Assembly: GCA_963768655.1 (NCBI GenBank)
Contig: CAVYIM010000004.1
Coordinates: forward strand, 512,001-576,000
Source: an uncultured Chloroflexia bacterium
GTDB lineage: Bacteria; Chloroflexota; Limnocylindria; Limnocylindrales; CSP1-4
DNA length: 64,000 nucleotides
Direction: 5' to 3'
Shown piece after piece: positions 31,612 through 38,023 of this stretch. Made by a program: the position numbers and the translations under genes. The stretch's first letter is position 1. Each line of letters begins with the position of its first letter. Under the pieces are notes generated by a model. The model did not search any database and was not told the origin of the DNA. It saw nothing but the letters and a program-made list of their open reading frames with translations.

Positions 31612-31664
31612 GGTAGCTTGGGCAGGAGTTGCGCCGACACTTCACGGGTGAAGGTGCGGAGCGG
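31612..31664 (+). repeat. att-like site R1
   Basis: GGTAGCTTGGGCAGG-AGTTGCG-CCGACACTTCACGGGTGAAGGTGCGGAGCGG. Confidence 0.85.
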
Positions 31665-31832
31665 AGCTGAAGCCGACCCTGAGCCCGCTTGCGCCATTCA
31701 ACCGGTCGTCGCTGTCGCCTGAGTGAAGCCTGTGTCCGGGGCGACAAGCGACGGCCCGCGTGCTCGCCCGAACGTCCAGCAGCCGGGGGAGCGGGACGTT
31801 TTCGGCTCAGGGTCCGTTGGTATGATCGCTCG

Positions 31833-32297
31833 GTGGAACCACTTAACCAACCATCCAACCTGCCCGGCTCTCAATGGCCGCCCCCTTCGATGGGCAGAAT
31901 GCCTGGACGCCAAGTGTGGCTCTATGCCGGGGTCGCTGTAGTCGCGTTCCTACTGGGGCTCCTATCCGTCTGGATAGGCCTTAGGATCGCGGTTGCGGCC
32001 GCCGACGACTGCGGCGTCCTCTTCGACTCGGGCGGTAACTTCGCCATTGGAATGCTGTTCCTCTTCCTCCTGCCCACCGTCCCGACTGCGAACTGCCTGC
32101 TGTCGCTGCTCGCGGCGAGATTCCATCCGGCCGCTGGACTGCTGGCTGCCGTGGTGCTCTCATGCGCCGTGGTGCTAGTGCTGGTGATCACTCATGCGCT
32201 GGGTTCGGCCCCGATCATTCCTTCGTTGGGGCCAGACTACGGCAGCGCGTGCCCGTCGGGCGTGCCTCCGTGGTGGCCGTCCTGGCTGCCACGGTAG
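31833..32297 (+). CDS. Cassette 2: multi-TM membrane protein, paralog of 34554-35018
   Basis: LSVWIGLRIAVAAADDCGV.FDSG...CPSGVP.WWP.W.PR. GTG start lies 6 nt after TGGTATGAT. Confidence 0.8.
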   Translation: MEPLNQPSNLPGSQWPPPSMGRMPGRQVWLYAGVAVVAFLLGLLSVWIGLRIAVAAADDCGVLFDSGGNFAIGMLFLFLLPTVPTANCLLSLLAARFHPAAGLLAAVVLSCAVVLVLVITHALGSAPIIPSLGPDYGSACPSGVPPWWPSWLPR

Positions 32298-32310
32298 GCA
32301 GCCGGTCGGG

Positions 32311-32370
32311 ATGGGATCGGAGACTTCTTCGGAGTCGGGCCGACACTATAGGGGTGAAGGTGCGGAGCGG
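32311..32370 (+). repeat. att-like site R2
   Basis: ATGGGATCGGAGACTTCTTCGG-AGTCGGG-CCGACACTATAGGGGTGAAGGTGCGGAGCGG. Confidence 0.85.
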
Positions 32371-32709
32371 TGGGCCAACGCCCGGAGCCAGCGTGCCACT
32401 GCCTCCACGTCAGGTGGCGGGGCCTGCCTGACGGTTCTGAATTCGGCCGGAGGCCGCTCTGGCCAGGCCTGGCCAGACGTCACATTTGGGCTCATCGCGC
32501 CCGCAGAGACGGGGCTTGTCAGCCCCGATGCGGCAGAACGGTGCGAGGTCTGTTGTGGGGCTGAGCCCAAGGCGCGGCCGTATTCTCGGGGCTTCAGGTC
32601 GAGAGTAGAGTGCAGGACCATTGACACGGTGCGCCACCGGACGAGCGTATTGCGCGTCCGAAGAGCGGACGCACGAGCGGCGTAGTGCAGGTATGACAGG
32701 GGGTGCGCG

Positions 32710-33345
32710 GTGAAAGCGACGATCGGACGAGGGGCGCGGCGCGTCGTCGCCGGCATGCTGTTCTCCGCCCTCGTGGGCGGTTGTGGCACGACACAGCCTG
32801 TCACTTCTCCGGCTCCTTCCGCGTCGAGCGTCTCGCCCGCCGTGGCGACCACGGCGGAACCTACGGAATCACCGACACCGACAGCGAGCGCTGCGGCCGC
32901 GGCCTGTGCATCGGCGGACCTTGCGATCACTGCGCTCAATGCCGGCGGCGGCGTCGGGACGGTCGGCGGCTGGTTACGGTTCCAGAACGTCGGAACGGAA
33001 CCCTGCACACTCACGGGCTGGCCGCAGGTCGTCGGAGTCACGGCCGGAGGGGCAAGGACGACAGCCGGCCAAGCCATGGCCCTTCTCGACTCCCCAGTGA
33101 TCTCCGGCACACCGGTTGTCGCCATCGCGCCCGGCGAGTCGGCCTTCGCGGTCTACGCTGGCGGGGACAACCCGACCGGGAGCGCAGGCTCGTGCCCTCC
33201 GCCGTACCACACCTTGCAGGTGACGGCGCCCGGGACGACGAAGTCGGTCTCCGTCTCGGCCTACAACGCCTGGCTCGGGCAGGATTTACCGTCGTGTGTC
33301 GGGATCGAGGTTACCCCGGTCATGGGCGCGAGCCTCATGCCGTAG
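32710..33345 (+). CDS. Cassette 3: DUF4232-like lipoprotein
   Basis: Lipobox LVGGC, S/T/P linker, CASADL...GGWLRFQNVGTEPCTLTGWPQV...IAPGESA...LQVTAPG. Confidence 0.8.
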   Translation: MKATIGRGARRVVAGMLFSALVGGCGTTQPVTSPAPSASSVSPAVATTAEPTESPTPTASAAAAACASADLAITALNAGGGVGTVGGWLRFQNVGTEPCTLTGWPQVVGVTAGGARTTAGQAMALLDSPVISGTPVVAIAPGESAFAVYAGGDNPTGSAGSCPPPYHTLQVTAPGTTKSVSVSAYNAWLGQDLPSCVGIEVTPVMGASLMP

Positions 33346-33422
33346 CTCTCGACTCTGCGGCCGTAGCCCGTTACGTGAGCACGATCGCGAAGGTGCGGGC
33401 GTTCCCCAACGCGTCTGACAGC

Positions 33423-33446
33423 GGTAGCTTCGGAAGGAGTCGGGCC
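33423..33446 (+). repeat. att-like site R3
   Basis: GGTAGCTTCGGAAGG-AGTCGGG-CC; left arm like R1, core like R2, divergent right arm. Confidence 0.75.
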
Positions 33447-33754
33447 TAGGCTAACCCGCTCGTCGGGGGTCTGGACCCCACGTCTCTACCGAGGCCGCGT
33501 CCTCGTTACGATGGGCGGCGCCAGAGGTCTCGGTTTGCGCACGTGTTCCTCCTCTGTTCGGCCAAAGTCTGGTGGCCCGTCGGTTGAGTCGTTCAGTTGA
33601 TGAAATCACCTCCTCCCTCGACGACCCACCCTCTCCGAAGATGCGACCGATTGCTCGGCCTGGGCACGGCGCAAGTCCCCTGGTTCCGACCGATGGTGCG
33701 AAACTCTAGCGATGAGGCCGAAGTTGCAGGGCCTGTTTGGAGCTTTGACGGCCG

Positions 33755-34270
33755 TTAGATGTCGCTGAAGATGAATGCGCCCGTGTAGTAATCGAGGATG
33801 ATCATCAGCGGACCGGGTTGGGGCCAGCAGGGCGAAGCCAAGGGGCTGGCGGCCGGCGGAGCGCAGACAACGGTGTTCGTGTCGTACGTGATGGCCCACA
33901 CGAGCCGCTTCGGGCTGTATAGGGCCGGTCCCAGCGCCGATCCAATGCCTGGCTGGGGGTCGACCGAGCTCCACGGTCCAGACTCGGCACTCACCAGGTG
34001 AGCGGTGCTATCGACGTCCTGATTGGCCAGGTCGATGGCACGGTCGCAGGTGATGCCGCCCGGCGCCGGAGATGCTGCGTTCACACAAGTGATGCTCGAC
34101 GCGTCGGCTCCGCTCGGCGCCAGGGCAGCCCCGGATCCAGAGGGGTTGCCGGTACCGGCAACGCAGCCCGCCAGCACGAGGGCGATGGCGATGGCAAGGC
34201 CACCGAGCAGCGACTTCGACGCGGCGCCTCCGGCGGGGCGGCGCTGGCCCCCGGGTTCAACGTTAGCCAT
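33755..34270 (-). CDS. Cassette 4: putative lipoprotein, paralog of 17467-17955
   Basis: Lipobox VLAGC; RLVWAIT...CAPP...C.P.PG...LDYYTGAF. Confidence 0.78.
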   Translation of the reverse strand: MANVEPGGQRRPAGGAASKSLLGGLAIAIALVLAGCVAGTGNPSGSGAALAPSGADASSITCVNAASPAPGGITCDRAIDLANQDVDSTAHLVSAESGPWSSVDPQPGIGSALGPALYSPKRLVWAITYDTNTVVCAPPAASPLASPCWPQPGPLMIILDYYTGAFIFSDI

Positions 34271-34417
34271 CGTGGCCCCCAGAGCAGATAACGAACTCCG
34301 TCATGCTCCCACCCGGCGCCTGGCACTTCAATATCGCGTTTCGAGGCCCAGCGATTCTGACCCTGCTTACTGCTCAGTGACTTCGTCAGATTCCCCCATG
34401 AGGAGAAGCCGACCTTC

Positions 34418-34477
34418 ATGGGATCGGAGCCGTCTTTGGAGTAGAGCCGACACTTTACGGCTGAAGGTGCGGAGCGG
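34418..34477 (+). repeat. att-like site R4
   Basis: ATGGGATCGGAGCCGTCTTTGG-AGTAGAG-CCGACACTTTACGGCTGAAGGTGCGGAGCGG. Confidence 0.85.
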
Positions 34478-34553
34478 GGCTGAACACGCCTTCGCCGACC
34501 AGTGGGTCGTCGACAGGACCCATTCGGCTTAGCGTCGTTGCTATGATCCATCG

Positions 34554-35018
34554 GTGGACCCCCTGAACCAACCCACCGCCAGAACCGGCCCTCAGTGGCC
34601 AGGCGGTCCACCGAACCCCAGTCCAGCAGCCAGACACCACTCCGCGTGGCTCTACGTTGGAGTCGCGTTGGCAGCCTGTCTGCTGGGGGTGTTGTCCGTC
34701 TGGATCGGCATGAGGATCGCGGTTGCCGCTGCCGACGACTGCGGGGTCTACTTCGACTCGGGCAATGACGGTGCCTTGGGGCTCCAGTTCGTGCTACTGG
34801 CCCCTACAGTCGCTGCGGCCAACTGTCTCCTGTCCCTCCTTGCGGCGCGAATCCATCCGGCCGCTGGATTCCTGGTGGCCGCAGGGCTCGCGGTACTCGT
34901 CACGTTTGTGTTGGTAGGCACCCACTCCCTCTCCTGGGCGCCGTCCGGACCCGACATGGGGGGCTACCTGTGCCCGTCCGGGGTGCCGACCTGGTGGCCG
35001 TGGTGGATGCCACGATAA
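34554..35018 (+). CDS. Cassette 5: multi-TM membrane protein, paralog of 31833-32297
   Basis: Same motifs as cassette 2; GTG start lies 6 nt after TGCTATGAT. Confidence 0.8.
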   Translation: MDPLNQPTARTGPQWPGGPPNPSPAARHHSAWLYVGVALAACLLGVLSVWIGMRIAVAAADDCGVYFDSGNDGALGLQFVLLAPTVAAANCLLSLLAARIHPAAGFLVAAGLAVLVTFVLVGTHSLSWAPSGPDMGGYLCPSGVPTWWPWWMPR

Positions 35019-35036
35019 GGCGGCCAGTTCTCGATC

Positions 35037-35074
35037 GGATCGGAGCCGTCTTTGGAGTGGAGCCTCCGACCTCT
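35037..35074 (+). repeat. att-like site R5 (right boundary of the island)
   Basis: GGATCGGAGCCGTCTTTGG-AGTGGAG-CCTCCGACCTCT; left arm identical to R4. Confidence 0.8.
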
Positions 35075-35079
35075 CCCGA

Positions 35080-35808
35080 TCAGGAAGGCGGGGGAGGGCC
35101 TTCACGGAGCGAGTCCCCGTCGGCGACGCGATAGCCGATGCCGGGCTCCGTTTCGATCAGGCCGTCGAGCGAGACGTCGGTGACGGCCGAGAGCTTGCGG
35201 CGCAGGCGATTGACGTATACGTGGAGGTAGGCACTCTCCTCCGCGTACGCGAGACCCCAGACCGCGCGCAGCAGCCGGGCCTTGGTGAGGACCCGGCCCT
35301 GATTCGAGAGCAGCACCTTCAGCAGCTCGTACTCGCGCGGGGTCAGGCGGACCGGCGCCCCCGCGACCCTGACTTCCCGGCGTACCTGGTCGAGCTCGAT
35401 GGGGCCGAGCCGCAGGCGGCCCGAGGCGTCGGCGTCGACTCCGCCGGCGCGCCGCAGCACGGCCCGGATGCGGGCGTTCAACTCGTCCGTGGCGAATGGC
35501 TTGGTCAGGTAGTCGTCGGCGCCCGCCTCGAGTCCACCGATCTTGTCGCGCTCGTCGCCGCGGGCAGAGAGGATGATGATCGGCGTCGTGGCTTCGCGCC
35601 GAATACGGCGAATCACGTCGACGCCATCGAGATCCGGCAGTCCTAGATCGAGCAGCACAAGGTCCGCCCGGTGCGCATCCCAGAGACGCATCGCTTCCTT
35701 CGCCGAGGCGGCTCCGTGGACGTCGTAGCCGCGCCGGGTCAGGTACTCGGCCAGGGTTCGTCGCGCACCGTCCTCATCCTCGACGAGCAGGAGCGCCGGC
35801 CCGCTCAT
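35080..35808 (-). CDS. kdpE: Second KdpE-like OmpR-family response regulator
   Basis: LLLVEDE, LLDLGLPDLDG, GADDYLTKPF, LLRAVWG...YLHVYVNRLRRKL; clear paralog of 4738-5442. Confidence 0.88.
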   Translation of the reverse strand: MSGPALLLVEDEDGARRTLAEYLTRRGYDVHGAASAKEAMRLWDAHRADLVLLDLGLPDLDGVDVIRRIRREATTPIIILSARGDERDKIGGLEAGADDYLTKPFATDELNARIRAVLRRAGGVDADASGRLRLGPIELDQVRREVRVAGAPVRLTPREYELLKVLLSNQGRVLTKARLLRAVWGLAYAEESAYLHVYVNRLRRKLSAVTDVSLDGLIETEPGIGYRVADGDSLREGPPPPS

Positions 35809-37412
35809 GCCGTCTCGCCCGAAGCCGGCGCCGGCACGCGCTGGGGTGGGGTGGGATCGGCCGACTGTTCGGGCACGATGGCCCGGTGGAGCCGGACGTC
35901 CACCCGCAGGCCACCAAGCTCGCTGCGGCACGCCGACACCTGGCCTTCCATCGCCCGCGTCAGGCCCTCGACGACGGTCAGGCCGATGCCCATGCCCCGC
36001 CGCTGTGCCTCGCCCGGCGCTCCGGCCTGGTAGAACTTCTCGAACAGGTGCGGCAGGGCTGTGTCCGGCACTCCGCGCCCGTCATCCTCGACGCTGACCT
36101 GCACGAGCCCGTCCGGGAGCTCGCGGCCGCCGACGCGGATCGTGTCGCCGCCGTAACGGATCGCGTTCTCGATCAAGTTGCCGAGGACCTGGCCGAGGTA
36201 CAGCTCGTCCGCCAGCACCGGCGAGAGTGGTTCGATCAGCTCGACGACGATGCGCCTGTCGGGATTGACGCGGGCCCGCCTGACAGCCTGACGGACCACG
36301 TCTTCGAGGTCGCAGGGCTCCAGCTCCGGCTTGAGGGCGCCGCCTTCGATGCGGCTCAGGTCGAGCAGGTTCCGGACCAGCCTGCCCATCCGCTCGGCCT
36401 CCGCGTCGATCGCCTGGAACGCCTGCCGGTGGTCGTCCTCGGACCACTTCACCGACTCGTCGAGCATGCTGCCGGCAGCGGCCCGGATCGTCGCCAGCGG
36501 GGTGCGCAGGTCGTGGGATACGGAATCGAGCAGGGCCGTCTTCAGGGCCTCGCTCTGGCGGGCGATCTCGGCGCTGGTCGCCTCCTGGGTCAGGCGGTCG
36601 CGGACGATGGCCTGACCGAGCTGGTCGGCGGCCGCGGACAGGATCCTGGTCTCGGCCTGATCGGGCTCGAGCTCGTCGCGCGCCCGGAGCGCCCACAGCG
36701 AGCCGAGCGTTTCGCCGGCTACCTCGATACGGACGCGGTGCAGCGCGGCGCGCGGGCCGCGCCAGGCACTCCTGCTCGCCACGTGCGCCCGAACCCAGCG
36801 CATCTGACCGTCCGGCCGGCGCTGCAGCACGACCTGCCAGCCCGGCATCGGGAGTGGCTCCGGCGCGGCCGTGTCGGCGAGGGTCCGTTCCTCGGACGGG
36901 GTCGCGCCCAGGCTGACCCAGACCCGATCCATGGCCGTGAGCATCTCCAGCCGCGTGGCCACGGCCGGGGCCGCCTCGGCGACGGTGCGGGTCGCCGCGA
37001 GCACGCTCGTGATGGCGTGGAGCGCCTCCGCTTCGCGGGCCCGGTCCGCGGCTTCACGCGTCCGCTCCGCCTGGAGCGCGGCCAGGCGACCGATGACGGA
37101 GGCGACGGCGAGCAGGAGGAGCAGGTTCAGCCATTCGTCGGGGCTGTTTATCGTGAGGGTGTAGAGCGGCTCGACGAACAGGAAGTCGTACAGAAGGAAT
37201 GCCGCGACCGAGGTCAGCATCGCCGGCGCCGTGCCGTAGCGCATGCCGACGGCGAGCACCGCGAGCAGGTAGACCGGCGCCGGGTAGGTGACGTGGATGC
37301 CGGCCCGGAGGAGGGCGATCGTCAGCGTCGAGGCGCCGAGCGAGGCAAGTGCCAGCGCGACCATCCCGACCAGATCCGCCCGCCTGGGGAGCCTGACTCG
37401 CCAGATATCCAT
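35805..37412 (-). CDS. kdpD: Second KdpD-type membrane kinase (DUF4118-GAF-HisKA-HATPase)
   Basis: YDFLFVEPLYTLTI, SVSHDLRTPL, NLIENAIRY, GMGIGL; stop overlaps the regulator ATG (ATGA). Confidence 0.85.
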   Translation of the reverse strand: MDIWRVRLPRRADLVGMVALALASLGASTLTIALLRAGIHVTYPAPVYLLAVLAVGMRYGTAPAMLTSVAAFLLYDFLFVEPLYTLTINSPDEWLNLLLLLAVASVIGRLAALQAERTREAADRAREAEALHAITSVLAATRTVAEAAPAVATRLEMLTAMDRVWVSLGATPSEERTLADTAAPEPLPMPGWQVVLQRRPDGQMRWVRAHVASRSAWRGPRAALHRVRIEVAGETLGSLWALRARDELEPDQAETRILSAAADQLGQAIVRDRLTQEATSAEIARQSEALKTALLDSVSHDLRTPLATIRAAAGSMLDESVKWSEDDHRQAFQAIDAEAERMGRLVRNLLDLSRIEGGALKPELEPCDLEDVVRQAVRRARVNPDRRIVVELIEPLSPVLADELYLGQVLGNLIENAIRYGGDTIRVGGRELPDGLVQVSVEDDGRGVPDTALPHLFEKFYQAGAPGEAQRRGMGIGLTVVEGLTRAMEGQVSACRSELGGLRVDVRLHRAIVPEQSADPTPPQRVPAPASGETA

Positions 37413-37464
37413 CACCAGGATCGTAGTCCCGGCCGCGGCCGCGGAGGCCCCTTTGGGCGGCTCT

Positions 37465-37481
37465 GTTGAGCGGATGTTGAG
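37465..37481 (+). promoter_or_regulatory. Putative KdpE box GTTGAG-N5-GTTGAG
   Basis: Direct repeat with 11-bp period, 56 nt upstream of GTG 37538, the same spacing as at the kdp operon. Confidence 0.7.
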
Positions 37482-37537
37482 GGCCGGCGGGCACCGGCTC
37501 CATCTTCCCTCGTGGGCCCCCGGCCTAAGTTGAGGGT

Positions 37538-38023
37538 GTGACATTCGCTGATGGCGTGCTGAGACTCGTTCGGGCTGGAACGCGGGCTGACGCGGAGGGA
37601 GGTCGGTCCCCGTCCCGGTCTGTCGACGCTGGCATCTCGGGCGGCTCCGGCAGGCTGGCCGCCGGGCCTCTGGAAGTTGTCGCGGTCGAGTCCCCGACCG
37701 AGTTCGACCTTGCGGCCGTGGCCGCGCCAGCCGACAATGCCTCCGCGGCCGAACCATTCGCCGTGGACGGCATGCCAGCCGAGCCGGCGGCAGAACCGTC
37801 CCACCTCGAGCCCGGCTTCGCCGACATCGAGGCCGCCGTGGCCCTGGTCGAGACCGGGTTAGCGACACGGGTCGTGCTCAGCGGCTTCCCGTCGTGGCCC
37901 GGCCTGCTGTGGCAGGCCTACCAGCTGGCCGAAGCCTCCAACGTCCTGATCCTGCCGACCGTGGTCCGTCCCGGCGGCCGCGTGGACATCGTGATCGCGA
38001 GGGAAGCCACCATAGATGAGTGA
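37538..38023 (+). CDS. Uncharacterised protein, first gene of the kimA operon; paralog of 14494-14793
   Basis: C-terminal ~70 aa align with 14494-14793; overlaps the kimA start. Confidence 0.72.
   Translation: MTFADGVLRLVRAGTRADAEGGRSPSRSVDAGISGGSGRLAAGPLEVVAVESPTEFDLAAVAAPADNASAAEPFAVDGMPAEPAAEPSHLEPGFADIEAAVALVETGLATRVVLSGFPSWPGLLWQAYQLAEASNVLILPTVVRPGGRVDIVIAREATIDE

Larger units (their letters stand above)
17955..35074. mobile_element. Composite island: serine-recombinase element plus tandem single-gene cassettes bounded by att-like sites
   Basis: Related sites at about 17955, 19436, 19760, 30870, 31612, 32311, 33423, 34418 and 35037; recombinase at 29413-30908; accessory gene content. 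Confidence 0.75.

Noticed and set aside
30870-35074. CRISPR array interpretation of the repeated sites
   Set aside because: The intervals are 0.6-1.1 kb and contain genes, the repeats are degenerate with swapped arms, and there are no cas genes.
30870-35074. Classical integron (attC) interpretation
   Set aside because: There is no IntI tyrosine recombinase, the sites lack RYYYAAC...GTTRRRY ends and long hairpins, and the adjacent enzyme is a serine recombinase.
37413-38015. ydaO c-di-AMP riboswitch before kimA
   Set aside because: No conserved riboswitch motifs were seen; the region is occupied by a short promoter and a coding gene.
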